DNA from: Eledone cirrhosa
Taxonomy: Eukaryota
DNA: 64,000 bases
Assembly (NCBI GenBank): GCA_964016885.1
Contig: OZ024741.1
Coordinates: 269,142,001 to 269,206,000, forward strand
Direction: 5' to 3'
This document shows, one piece after another, positions 1-12,474 of the stretch. The notes under the pieces were generated by a model that saw only the letters and a program-made list of their open reading frames with translations, searched no databases and was not told the origin of the DNA. The stretch's first letter is position 1, and each line of letters starts with the position of its first letter. The position numbers and the translations under genes are program-made.

Positions 1-150
1 CCACTCTAGATGTCAAGATGTGCCACTGGTGCAGCCAGTTGTTGGGGTACCACACCAGATGTCGCACTGGTGCAGCCAGTTGTTGGGGGTACCACACTAG
101 ATGTGCCACAGGTGCAGCCAGTCTTTGGGGTGCCACTAGTGCAGCTAGTC
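1..150. repeat. Tandem repeat, ~42-bp unit (CCACTGGTGCAGCCAGTTGTTGGGGGTACCACACTAGATGTG), ~3.5 copies, cut by the window edge
   Basis: Unit visibly repeated at ~23, ~65, ~106 and partially ~134. Confidence 0.8.
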
Positions 151-169
151 ACTTTAGACGCTTTCGCAG

Positions 170-600
170 TCAGCCGTTGCAACTGGTCTCTGTTCTTCGT
201 CATGTGTTGGAGGGTCTCGGTGTTGTGACCAGTACAGTCTTTGATGTTGTCAGATCAAGATTTCTGTGTCTGACTCTCCATCACCCTCCCTTGACTGTGC
301 CCTGGAGGATGTATCCCACTACAAGGAGTTGTGGTGGGATACATGACCATATCAGGCAAGTTTCAGTCTGTTCACCATTACAACAATGAGTGGTTCCTGT
401 CTGCCAGCATATTTGAGAACTTCTGCCTGACAAAGCTGTTTGTTTTGTGCTCCATGTATGGGATGTTCAGCATCAACATTCTACAACCACTTAATAACTG
501 CAAGACTAGATCTTCTCTCTGTCTCTTCTACCAATTCTAGAATGATCTACTCTTCATTGAACATGTTAAACATCACTAATGTACCCATGTCTCATCTTAC
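170..600 (-). mobile_element. Degenerate RTE-clade LINE 3' fragment
   Basis: Minus-strand translation across stops and frameshifts gives RLKLA*YGHVSHH..ILQGTVKGG..*SDNIKD, the typical RTE ORF C-terminus (RLxWxGHV..GxRxRGRP..W). Confidence 0.65.
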
Positions 601-614
601 TAAATATTCTATAC

Positions 615-1059
615 CAGCGGTCGCCAACCAGTGGTCCAAGAGAAAATGTTGGTGGTCCGGAGAAAAATTTGGACGTTATTTGCAATTTTTATGTTTAATT
701 AATCATAAAACAAAAATAATATTCGGTTAAAATATATTTTATAACACCCCTAAAAAATGTTTCTCCTCAGTAAAAAACTAACATCCATGAAAGAATTTTA
801 CAAATATGTATCAGCTATTGACAATATGGCACATGTACACTTCAGTATTGTTTAATAAAATGGAAGTTCTCTGTTGCCTTTCATCCTTACGGGGTCAATA
901 AAATAAAGTACCAGTAATGTAATGGGTAATTGCTGGCCTTGTACCAAAAGTAGAAACAATTATTTTATAAATGTATTTATCTTTTTAAAAAAATTCATAT
1001 CTGTTGTCCACAGGATTTAAAATTATGAACTTAGTGGTCCGTGAGGTCAGCAACTGCTG
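615..1059. mobile_element. hAT-type MITE
   Basis: Imperfect TIRs CAGCGGTCGCCAAC...GTCAGCAACTGCTG. Exact 8-bp TSD TTCTATAC at 607-614 and 1060-1067. Carries a SINE fragment at ~870-965. Confidence 0.85.
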
Positions 1060-1348
1060 TTCTATACAATATAGCTCTCATGTTTGTGGAAATTGTATGG
1101 CACCAGATTAGTTGCTGGGATTTCTAGTTTGTTGTCTTATTTTTCTGAATTTAAGATTGTCTTTTGTTAGGAAAATATCAATAAAGTAATTAATATTAAC
1201 ACATGGAGTTGCTTTGACTATTTGATCTATTTTGTGAATATATATTTATATAATTTATATATATATATATATATCGAAAGTATATATTGAGTTAGAAACT
1301 CACAATAGTCTTCTAAGAAATTTAGGAATGAAGGGTTTACTAATCTGT

Positions 1349-1427
1349 ACATCCACTGAAGAGCAATCGGATTTGTAACTCTCTCCACTTTGTTGCGAAA
1401 CAGTTCTACCAAAGGCTGTCTGGATGT
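1349..1427 (+). ncRNA. Type I hammerhead ribozyme (canonical, GUC site)
   Basis: Helix I ACATCCA/TGGATGT; core CTGAAGA; helix II GCAA/TTGC; GAAA; helix III ACAGTT/GGCTGT; cleavage triplet GTC ending at 1420. Lies in a repeat (~1225-1615) with a decayed paralog at ~25330-25720. Confidence 0.8.
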
Positions 1428-1624
1428 GTTGATAGTTATGATTCGGTTTGTATTATTTCTTAATTTATCCTTTTAACTGAGTCTAGCAAACCGTATTGTT
1501 CATAGTTAGTATCTTATTCACCCTAGAGATTTAGGTCCCTTGTGATTTGAATGCATATATGTATATATCTGTGTTTGTCTCTCTTTATTATATTAAATTG
1601 TATATATATAATTTAATAAAAAAT

Positions 1625-4600
1625 CCTGGCAAGCTCGAATTTTTATGCCAAAGATAACGACAAATTCACCTCATGCTGCCGGACGAAAGGGCAAGGCCCC
1701 CTCTTTGTTTCGGCCACGGATGGCCAACATAACCCCAACCCCATCCCCCTCACCCATCCCTGTGCCCCATCCTCCAAACACAATCCAAAACTTCAGAGTT
1801 GGTACCATAAATGTAGGCACCTTAAAAGGCCGCTCTAACGAGGTTGTAGAAATGCTTGAGCGTAAGGAGGTTGATGTTTGCTGTATCCAAGAGACCAGGT
1901 GGAGGGGCGGGTCTGCTAGATTCATTGTGGGTAAAAAACGTTGCTATAAGCTTTTCTGGGTGGGAAATGACAATGGGATAGGTGGGTAGGAATCATGTTA
2001 GCAGAAAAATGGGTGGATAAGATAATAGATGTAAATAGAGTAAATGACAGAATACTTAAAATAAGACTTGTTCTAAATAGAACTACTGTGACAGTAATAT
2101 CGGCATACGCGCCTCAATCCGGACTGCCTGGCGCTATAAAAGACAGATTCTATGAGACACTGATGCTCACTACCTCCCAAATAACCGACAGTGACTATAT
2201 AATTATTGCTGGCGACCTAAATGGCCACGTTGGTCAACATTGTGACGGCTATGACGGAATCCATGGAGGCTATGGGTTTGGTACTAGAAATGAGGAAGGC
2301 TTCAGAATCCTGGAATTCTGTGATGCAAATAACCTAACTATCTGTAACACTAACTTCAAAAAACAAGACAATCACTTGATCACCTACAGATCAGGGAAAC
2401 ATACCAGCCAAGTAGATTATATCTTTACCAGAAGACGTGACAGAGTGTCTGTTGTAAGCACTAAATCCCTCCCCCATGAAGAATGCACCTCCCAACATAG
2501 ACTGATAATTAGCGACCTCATAGTCAGGACGAGACGTACTCGACAGCAGAAGAGGACTATCCTCAGGAGAAAAATATGGAAGCTAAAGGACCCCACAGCC
2601 AGAAATAAATTTAAAAGAATATTACTTGATGCTTTCGACAGTAAGGAAGAGCAATTAGAGTCGTGCAATATAGAGGAACAGTGGGAATTCCTGAAAGCAA
2701 ACCTGCTGATGGCGGCAGACGAAGTCTGTGGCTGGAGCAGGCCTGTAGGCAGGAGGAGAGTAACATGGTGGTGTAACAGTAAGGTGGAAGAGTCAATTAA
2801 GGCCAAAAAGCAGGCTTGGAAAGTATGGGGGGAAGTAAAGAAGACTATCAAGTGGCCAGGAGGGAAGCTAGGAGACAAGTGTACTTCGCAAGAAGGGAAG
2901 CAGAGGAAAGAAAGTTCAAGCATGTTCTACAACGCGAGGACCAAAAACGTGAGGTGTTCAGGATTGCTAGGCAATGTTTCAAGGAAAACCGTGATATTGT
3001 CGGGGAGAAGTGTGTACTTAATGATGATGGCGTACTTGCCATCACTGACGCTGATAAGAAGGTAGCTTGGAAGTGTCACTACGAAAGGCTACTAAATGAG
3101 GAGAATAAATGGGAGAAAGACAGTCTCCCCCACATCGACCCAATAGAGGGACCAGCAGTGTTAGTCGAAGGTAGTATAATAAGTAAGGCAATCAAAGATA
3201 TGAAGGCGGCTGGGTCTTCGGAAATAGTTGCTGAGATGCTGAAAGCCTCTGGAACGGTGGGACACACCATGGTCACCCGGATAGTAAACCAAGTCATACA
3301 GAATGGAGTTGTTCCGAAGGACTGGCATAGCAGCATCATCATTAACTGCTACAAGGGTAAAGGAGACACCCTAGATAGGAGTAACTATAGAGGCATTAAA
3401 TTAATCGACCAGGTCATGAAGGTCATGGAAAAAGTAATAGTGCAACTAATCAGAGAGAGAATCGATCTAGATGAAATGCAGTTCGGGTTCGTGTCAGGCA
3501 AAAGTACCACAGACGCTCTTTTCATTGTACGACAACTACAGGAGAAGTACCTAGCTAAAGGTAAACCCCTATACTTAGCTTTCGTCGACTTGGAGAAAGC
3601 CTTCGACAGAGTGCCCCGTTCCATTATCTGGTGGGCTCTTAGAAAACTAGGTGTTGATGAATGGCTTGTGAGAGCTATACAAGCCATGTATAAAGAAACA
3701 GTCAGCAAGGTTAGAATTAACAACGAATATAGTGAAGAGTTTAGCATAAAAGTTGGTGTTCATCAGGGCTCTGTTCTTAGCCCCCTACTATTTACCCTTC
3801 AGGCTATAACAGTGGAGTTCAAGACCGGCTGCTCATGGGAACTCCTATACGCAGATGATCTAACGCTCATAGCTGAATCAATGGCCGAGATAGAGAAGAA
3901 ATTCCAAACATGGAAGCACGGCCTAGAATCAAAAGGCCTTAAAATTAACCTGGCTAAGACTAAAGTTCTAGTTTGTAGGAAAGAAAATAAGGCGCCGGTC
4001 CGTTCCGGGAAATGGCCATGCTCAGTGTGTAGGAAAGGCGTAGGTAGAAACTCCATGTTATGTCCCAAATGCAAAGTATGGGTGCATAAAAGATGTAGTG
4101 GGATCACAGGTAAGCTAACTAAGAACGTAGATTTTACATGTGGCCGGTGCTCTGGTGCAATAAGTAGCAGCAAGTGCCCACTAAATACTAGCTCTTTCAA
4201 TTGCGCAGAGGGTTCTATAGAAATAGTGGACAGCTTCCGTTACCTGGGTGACAAAATCAGCAGTGGGGGAGGGTGCTCTGAAAGTACAGTAGCTAGAGTC
4301 AGAACTGGATGGAAAAAGTTCAGAGAGCTTATACCACTATTAGCCGCTAAAGGGTTCTCCCTAAAAATGAAAGGCAGGTTGTATGATGCCTTCATACGAA
4401 CAGCAATGTTGCATGGCAGTGAGACCTGGGCATTGTGTGCAGAGGATATACGCAGACTAGAGAGGAACGAAGCTTGCATGCTCCGCTGGATGTGTAATAG
4501 TAATATACGCGAACGGCAAAGCATAAACGAACTAAGGGAAAAATTAGAAATAAGAGGGATCAGATGTTGTTTACTCGAGAGAAGGCTACGTTGGTATGGT

Positions 4601-5190
4601 CACGTGATGTGCATGAAAGACGACAGCTGTATAACAAAGTGCAGGGCAATAAAGATAGACGGTAGCCACGGAATAGGCAGACCCAGAAAAACCTGGGACG
4701 ACCTGATAAACTCCGACTTCACACACTTACATCTCTCCAAGACAATGTCACTGGACCGAGATCTTTGGCGGCACTCAGTAATAGAGAAGACCCGCCTTAC
4801 CTAAATACAAAGTAAAACCTACTACAGTCAGTAGGCATCTCTAACAAAATACACCCCGTCCCACCACCCCCACCCCATCCACACCGCCCCTTTCAATCTA
4901 AAGTTATGTTGGTGCCACAATATCCAGGCCGAAACAAATGAGATCGTGTAGGTGTCACGACAAAAAGAACACACAGTCCACGCTGTAATGTGGCCGTGTA
5001 GGCAACACGGTAAAAACCACCCAGTTCCACACTGTAAACGTGGTTGGTGTTAGGAAGGGCATCCAGCTGTAGAAAACCCGCCAGACAGTCCTATGCGAGC
5101 AAGACAACCACTCTTGCCTCAAGTGGGAAAACTCCCATCCAAACCCATGCAAGCGTGGAACATGGACGTTAAACGATGATGATGATGATG
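1625..5190 (+). mobile_element. RTE-clade non-LTR retrotransposon, near full length
   Basis: Single APE-RT ORF followed by a 3' UTR ending in CATGGACGTTAAAC(GAT)n at ~5161-5190. Confidence 0.92.
1645..4804 (+). pseudogene. RTE ORF: AP endonuclease + reverse transcriptase with inserted PHD-like Cys/His finger; disrupted
   Basis: Endonuclease motifs GTINV, IQET, SAYAP, GDLNGH, SQVDY, SQHR. RT motifs YRGIKL, QFGF, DLEKAFD, GVHQGSVLSPLLF, YADD, FRYLG. In-frame stop at 1987-1989 and frameshift near 2820-2830. Confidence 0.92.
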
Positions 5191-5204
5191 TATATGTGTG
5201 TGTA

Positions 5205-5640
5205 TCCTCATCGTTTAATGTCCATTTTCCAGAGTAGCATAGGCTGTCCCGTTGTGAGACAGTCAATCGGAGGACCATGTTTTACTCATACAGAACTGAT
5301 TTTGGCTTGGTTTCTACAGCTGGATGCCCTTCCTAATGCCAACCACATATACAGTGTGTACTAGGTACTTTTTGTCGTGACTCCTACATGACCACTTTAC
5401 TGTGTGGGCTGGGCACTTTTTGTTGTGTCTCTAATACGACCAGTTGACAATGATGCAGCTACGCCAGTCATTGGCTATGGCACTGTTTTGTATTACCTGG
5501 TTTATAATGTGGGTGACTGTTGGTGTGACCCATTATTCCTGATGCTTTCAGCATCTCGGCAATTATCCCTGAGGGTCCAGCTGCTCTGGCTGTCTTCATA
5601 TCTTTGATTGCCTTACTTACTATACTACTGCTGACTTGTA
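5205..5640 (-). mobile_element. RTE fragments (3' UTR plus a short RT piece)
   Basis: Reverse complement of the GGAAGGGCATCCAGCTGTAGAAA 3' UTR motif. Minus peptide SKAIKDMKTARAAGPSGIIAEMLKASG matches the RTE ORF at ~3180-3260. Confidence 0.75.
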
Positions 5641-5767
5641 CAGCTGGCCTCAGCCAGATGGCTGGAACAGGTAAAAGAGTAATATATATATATTCGTATT
5701 TGGTTGACAGCTGAGAGAAAAGAGTACTCAATACCGGAATAGAGACTTAATATTCCTTCTATTAGGG

Positions 5768-5813
5768 CTGTTACTCTGGAGTTTCACTTGTTTATTACGG
5801 AGTCATCAGACAA
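5768..5813 (-). ncRNA. Candidate type I hammerhead ribozyme
   Basis: Minus strand TTGT-CTGATGA-(17 nt)-GAAACTCCAGAGTA-ACAG. Helix III ACTC/GAGT, helix I TTGT/ACAG, GTA site; helix II weak. Confidence 0.5.
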
Positions 5814-6267
5814 GAACTAACATTTCGATAATAAACTCAGTATAAATGAAGGAAGACTCGAGGTGGGGGAGGGGAATTTAATTGAGGAGGGGTAATTAAG
5901 ATAGGGTGGACAGGGTTGTGGTGGCAATATAGGAGGATAGGGTTGTGTTAAAAAGGTGATAATGGACATAACTATAACATTTTAACTGGTCAGTGAGAAG
6001 CTGGTGATAAATATCAAAGTGGGTGTTTAGGGGGTTTAGTAAAATAGTTGGTGGAATTGGTATGTTAAAGTGGTGGATGGAATATACATATTCCATCCAC
6101 CACTTCATGCAGGCTGACTAACCCTTGCTAACAGGGAAAGTGGATATTAAAGCGATGATGATGAGGATATATATATATATATATATATGTAGTATGGTTG
6201 CTAGGATGCGTCCATAGGCGGTATGCCGGTTGAGTACTCTATGCTCCTTTGGAGCAGAGTATGATAA

Positions 6268-6530
6268 TATGGAAAACGAAGAATCAGTGATGCATCAGAA
6301 CACAATTTATTACGTATTACAATTGTTTCTCCGGCGAACAGTTCGAGGTGTGATCTGTTTGTGGTTCAAACCTGACTCAAAGCTTCGAAACCACTAGATG
6401 TATCTGAGGAACTTGCGAATCCAGAGTCAGGTTTGATCCACAAACAGATGGCACCTCAAGCTGTTCGCCGGAGAAACAATTGTAATATGTTAATAAATTG
6501 TGTTCCGATGCATCACTGATTCTTCTTTTT

Positions 6531-6535
<5 letters not shown>
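6268..6535. repeat. Inverted-repeat unit (Penelope-like pLTR remnant) abutting (TA)n
   Basis: 6268-6378 is the approximate reverse complement of 6424-6535. A diverged paralog lies at 17328-17582. Confidence 0.75.
6398..6490 (+). ncRNA. Type I hammerhead ribozyme with extended helix II
   Basis: ATGTAT-CTGAGGA..GCGAAT/GTTCGC..GAAACAATTGTA-ATATGT. Palindromic helix III ACAATTGT, GTA site. Confidence 0.65.
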
Positions 6536-6572
<37 letters not shown>

Positions 6573-6725
6573 ACTCCAAGAACCACCTGCCTATGAACTT
6601 TCTTAAACTGGCAACCCGACTATGGAAACTTCTTGTTGAGTCAAACAATGCCGTACATTAAAACTATCCTCGACACAGACTACTCACAACCTCTAGCTGG
6701 ATTACCTTAAACGATACTTTGTTAT

Positions 6726-6839
<114 letters not shown>

Positions 6840-7453
6840 GTTTGTACCACAAAACAGCCAGCCCACACTGTAAAGTGGGTTAGACGGGTGTGTCCCATTT
6901 AGAGGCATGTTGGATCGGATGCCTGTGTCTCGCTCATATAGGACTGTTTATGGCTGGTTTTCTACGGCTGGATGCCCGTCCTAATGCCAACCACATTTGC
7001 AGTGTGTGCTGCGTATCTTTTACACAACCACTTTACAGAGAGGGCTGGATGTTTTGTAGTACAAACATAATATCAACGTAGAAGATAGACGTTAAACGAT
7101 GATGATGATGATATATATATATATACACATATAATTATATATATATATATACATATACATCTATCTATCTCTCTCTATATATAAAAAAAGGATCGATCGA
7201 CTTTCGTCAAATCGGACCGAGAAAACAATGTTTTCGTCGGTCTTTCCAGTTGCTAGTACTATCTATCGGTCGCAACTCCAGGTAGAAGGAGCAACGTGAA
7301 ATAAAGTGTCTTGCTCTCTCTATATATATACATATTCATTAGTTAAGCAACACAAGACCACAAATTTCACAAGGAAGACATTATTAAAAGATTGTCAACA
7401 TATTTAGTTTGATGTAAGGAATGTAGAGAATAATATTAATAATAATAATGTCC

Positions 7454-7572
7454 GTTTACAATTGTTTCGCTACTCCATATAATATTTCTGGATCGAATGA
7501 TTATAGATCGTTATTGATCTGGTTCAGTAGAAAATAATTAACATAGGTAAAAATAGAGCAGCTCATCAGAAC
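7454..7572 (-). ncRNA. Type I hammerhead ribozyme with ~80-nt helix II insert
   Basis: Minus: GTT-CTGATGA-GCTGCTC...GAGTAGC-GAAACAATTGTA-AAC. An inverted copy with a damaged core (GCGATGA) lies at ~7917-8036; the arms (~7336-7580 and ~7910-8345) are interrupted by a SINE. Confidence 0.7.
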
Positions 7573-8057
7573 TTCAAAAGGAATATAGCTAACTTAGATA
7601 ATTATAAGTTACCTCCCTTACATTGTCTCTCAATTAAAAAATTAGCAATCCTTAACTATAAACTACCCACAATTTCTAATCTATCGAGGAGTTGCCTCCC
7701 CTGAAACCACCCTCTAATTAGTAAGGTAAATATGTCCATTGGCGGCCATCTTGTTACCCATAGGCAGATCTCACACAATGCAGCCTCGACAGAAGAATAC
7801 TGCTTGATTATGGCTGACAACTGATACAACCAGGACATCATAGTGAAATACCAATATATGGAACACTACATTCATGTAAAATTCTTTCCTTACTTTAATT
7901 TATATTCCTTTTGAAGTTGCGATGAGCTGCTCTATTTTTACTTATGTTAATTATTTTCAACTGAACCAGATCAATAATGATCTATAATCATTCGATCCAG
8001 AAATATTATATGGAGTAGCGAAACAATTGTAAATGGACATTATTATTAATATTATTA

Positions 8058-8252
8058 AGGGTGGTGGATTGGCAGTATCGGTAGAGGGTCGGACGCCATG
8101 CTTTCCAGCATAGTTACGTCCCTTTACGATCTGAGTTGAAATCCCGCCGAGGTTGACTTTGCCTTTCATCCTTACGGGGTCAATAAAATAAAGTACCAGT
8201 AATGCACTGGGTAATTGCTGGCCTTATGCCTAGAGTAGAAACAATTATTATT
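8058..8252 (+). mobile_element. tRNA-derived CORE-type SINE
   Basis: A box TGGCAGTATCGG, B box GAGTTGAAATCC, core GCCTTTCATCCTTACGGGGTC-ATAAAATAAAGTACCAG, (ATT) tail. Confidence 0.85.
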
Positions 8253-8547
8253 CTCTACATTCCTTACATCAAACTAAAATATGTTGACAATCTTTTAATA
8301 ATGTCTTCCTTGTGAAATTTGTGGTCTTGTTTTGCTTAACTAATTAATATTTCCAGCTCTGTGCACCTAACCTCTGCATGAACCCAGCCACCTAGCTGCC
8401 TTCCACTGCATATTGCACATTGAGCCTTTACGCTTTGGCTTCTAACTAATTCACCAATCTCTCTTCTCCTCTCCTATATCCATCTATCTCCTTAAGATTG
8501 GTTACTCTTTAACTGTATATATATATACATATACATATATATATATA

Positions 8548-8671
8548 TGTAGTAGGTGAGTTTTATTGTAGTACAATAAAGCAATGCAGATATCGGATAA
8601 GAAGCACTCTACAGTTTGTAGGACTGGAGTATACATAATATGGAACTCCTTTAACCATCTTTTGATCTTAT

Positions 8672-8753
<82 letters not shown>

Positions 8754-8765
8754 TATATATATGTA

Positions 8766-8806
<41 letters not shown>

Positions 8807-9045
8807 CTGAACTATCCACAAGTGTTTTTTAACCTTCATATCATGTCCTCCTGTTTTATCTGATGAAAACACAAATATTATTGCATGATGATATTTGTTT
8901 TTGAAATGCGCATAATAAAATACATGGAACTCTTTTAACCATCTTTTGTTCTTATATATTATGTATACTCCAGTCCTACAAACTGTAGAGTGCTTCTTAT
9001 CCGATATCTGCACTGCTTTATTGTACTACAATAAAACTCACCTCC

Positions 9046-9050
<5 letters not shown>
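8548..9050. repeat. Inverted plus direct repeat unit in (TA)n (pLTR-like)
   Basis: 8548-8640 is inverted to 8958-9050; 8638-8672 is directly repeated at ~8922-8957. Confidence 0.8.
8854..8920 (+). ncRNA. Type I hammerhead ribozyme
   Basis: TTTTAT-CTGATGA-AAACACAAATAT/ATATTTGTTTTT-GAAATGCGCATA-ATAAAA. Palindromic helix III ATGCGCAT, ATA site, 6-bp helix I. Confidence 0.78.
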
Positions 9051-9121
<71 letters not shown>

Positions 9122-9162
9122 TACATGTATCATACATATATATACACACACAAGTATATATA

Positions 9163-9835
9163 ATCATCGTCGTTTAACGTCCATCTTCCACACTAGCATG
9201 GGTTGATCCTTAGGGAGAAAATAAGGTCATAGGACCATGTTTAGCTCACCCAGGGCAGATTTTGGCTTAGTTTCTACTGCTGGATGCCCTTCCTACCCCA
9301 AACCACATTTACAGTGTGTGCTGGGTGCTTTTTGTCGTGTCACCTACACAACCACATTAAGGTGTGGACTGGCCACTTTTTGTGTCTCCGACACGACCAC
9401 TTTATGGTGGGGCTGGGCAGTTTTGTCTTGGGACTAAGGAAGGGGGGAAGAAGCTTGGGGAAATTGAGGACATAGGTAATAGGGGAGGGATGGTTACCAC
9501 AAAGGGAGGTGTATGAGAGGGGAGAAGGTTGAGGAAGGTGTTGCCTACTAGGTATAAGCCTCAGCCTGAGAATAATAAAGGGCGGGTCTTCTGTAATACT
9601 GCATAGCGCCAGAGGTCGCGGTCCAGTGTTATTGCCTTGGTGAGGTAATTGTTCAAGGTCAGTTTTTATTACCTCATGCCAAGTCTTCCAAGGCCTGCCC
9701 GCTCCATGGCTACTGTCAACTTTGAGCGCTCTGCACATTTTTATCCTTCATACGTATCACATGTCCATACCAACGTAATCTCCTCTCCTGCACGCAACAA
9801 CTGATCCCTCTTATGCCTAATTTCTCACACAGTAC
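9163..9835 (-). mobile_element. 5'-truncated RTE LINE copy
   Basis: Minus peptide CRALKVDSSHGAGRPWKTWHEVIKTDL resembles the RTE ORF end; same 3' UTR and GGACGTTAAACGACGATG tail. Confidence 0.8.
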
Positions 9836-10214
9836 ATTTTGTATGTGTGTGTGTATATCTATATATATGTATGTATATATGCATATATGTGTATATATAT
9901 CAGAGTGACCTTCTAGCGAGATGTCTTAATGAAGACTGGGAGTCTCTCGCTCCACAAGAAAAAAAAAAAATGTAGTCGACCAGTTCTACATATTGGGAAA
10001 TGCATTCGATATTCAGAGAGTGGGGTTGGCCCCGTGCAGAGCTTTTCCTCGCTTAAAAAAGCTTCAAGCACAAGCATAGTTTGGTAAGTGACAATTTTTG
10101 CGAGGCATGGTATTGCTGGGCATAGGCACGTCCCAAGCAGGACTAAAAGCCATGTCCATGATGCTCATACTTAAGTATCAAGCGATTACTCAAAATCGAG
10201 TTGCAACCATCATC

Positions 10215-10270
<56 letters not shown>

Positions 10271-10329
10271 ATGTACTCACACAACTAAAGACATACCCAC
10301 ACACAGAGACGCACAATCAGAGGCACACA

Positions 10330-11700
10330 CATTTGGCCATATTCGTATACATAAACACACATACACTGCTCATTAATATACATACAATCACACATACACT
10401 CTATCTCACACACATACACTCTATCACACACACACATATACATTCTATCACACACTCATACACACACACACACAGATTTACACCGCCTGACTGCACATTA
10501 TTACACAGGTTTAGACACAGACAGTTACACTATCTGACTACATATTAAGGTATTGACACACACACACATACATACATACATACATACATACACACATAAA
10601 TACACACACACTAGCACACATACATACACAAACATAAATACACACACACGCATACATACACACACATACACATACATACACACGAATATACACATACACA
10701 TATGCACATACACACATACGCATCAGTTCAAACAATGCACTCACTGCTTGACAACACATTCATACACATACACACAATCGCACACACACACACACAGTCA
10801 CATACTCATACACACATACATACACACACAATATAGCGGCACATACACACACACACAATATAGCGGCACATACATACACACACATGCAATCGCATACACA
10901 AATAGTTACATACACATACAGACAAATGTACAAACATACATACAGTTGTGGCAATATAGCGACACACATATACACACACACACATCCACACACACACATA
11001 CACAAATACTCACACACACACACATATACACACACACATCCACACACACACAAATACTCACACACATATATACACACACATACACACAGTCACATACACA
11101 AATACACACACACACACACACACACACAAAATATCAATTCAGTCTTGGCAATATAGCCGCAGATACATACACACACACACAAACGTACACATATACATGC
11201 ACACATATACAGACAGACACACACACGCACACACACAGACACACACACAAGTGTATAAATATATATGCACTCACATACAGACAGACACACACACACATAG
11301 ACACACACACAGACATACAGAGAGAGAGAGACACACACACACATAGAGAGAAAGACACACACATACAGACACACATACACAGACACACATACACAGACAC
11401 ACACACAAATGTATAAATATACATGCACTCACATACAGAGAGACAGACACACACACACAGACACACCTACAGGCACATACACACACGCACGCACACATAG
11501 ACACACACACAGACACACACACACAGACACACACACAAACACACACATGCATACAGACACAGACATAGACACACACAGACACACACACAAACACACACAT
11601 ACACACATAAAGACACACACACACACACAGACACACACACTTACACACAGTCACACATCTAAATGTATAAATATACATGCACTCTCACAGCATACATAGG
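10330..11700. repeat. Complex (CA)/(CATA)/(CAGA)-rich low-complexity tract
   Basis: Composition; source of the spurious His/Thr and Val/Cys ORFs. Confidence 0.9.
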
Positions 11701-11819
11701 AAACAGATCTAATTATCATTACAACAGACTGATTGTAGCAAGGACATTTCACAGATTTTACTTCCCTCGGTTATTAAAACGCCGAACCTCTTTCTCTCAT
11801 TGTTCCAGCTATTTTTAAA

Positions 11820-11895
11820 ATGGCGAAGACAAGCCTTCTACTTACCATCGGTCTTCTCACAGCATTCCTTGTCGCCTCTATAAGTTCCTATTCAC
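11820..11895 (+). CDS. Secreted ferritin, coding exon 1 (signal peptide)
   Basis: MAKTSLLLTIGLLTAFLVASISSYS; AAAATGG start context; donor GTAAGT at 11896, phase 1 matching exon 2; acceptor TTCCAG at 11803-11808 implies an upstream UTR exon. Confidence 0.8.
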
Positions 11896-11915
11896 GTAAG
11901 TCTTTTAGCTTCTAG

Positions 11916-12471
11916 ATAAATGGTGTCAAACATACGACCCGCGGCCTTTTTAAAGTCCAGCATGCGGCACATTTTTAAGATCGGGTCGTGGCCCAATTTT
12001 ATATTTTTTAAAATTATTAATATTATTATTAGGTATTAGTATTGGTGCTCTGAAATAGCGATATATACATGAATGTATGTATAGTATATTTGGCAATATA
12101 CTGTATGTTTAATTAAAAACATTTGGAAGACCATTCGCTATGAGTTTTAAAGTAGTGACAATGTCACTTACTTCTTCTTGGCAAACTGTTGTTTTTGACG
12201 AGAAGTAAGTGAGATATTCACTACTTAAAGCTAATAGCGTATGGTCTTCTAAATGTTTTTAATTAAACATACAGTATACTGCCAAATATACTATACATAC
12301 ATTCAAATATTATTATCTTATCTTCTACTTAACTTAACGTCTTTGGTTGTTGTTTTTTCTTTTTGTTTTTGTTGGTGTGTGTGTGTGAGGGGGGGGGGGG
12401 GGGTTCTGGTCCACCAGATCTAGTTTAAACTTCTATCAGGCTCACAAGGCCAAAGGAGTTTAACACCTCTG
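11916..12471. mobile_element. Degenerate hAT-like MITE with a nested inverted-repeat insertion (12040-12305)
   Basis: Ends GGTGTCAAAC...GTTTAACACCTCTG. The internal IR is homologous to 48611-48745. Confidence 0.55.
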
Positions 12472-12474
12472 TTT

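Noticed and set aside
10098-11699. Long His/Thr or Val/Cys ORFs (also the YI, RE and CV ORFs elsewhere)
   Set aside because: Translations of microsatellites without stops; no coding signal.
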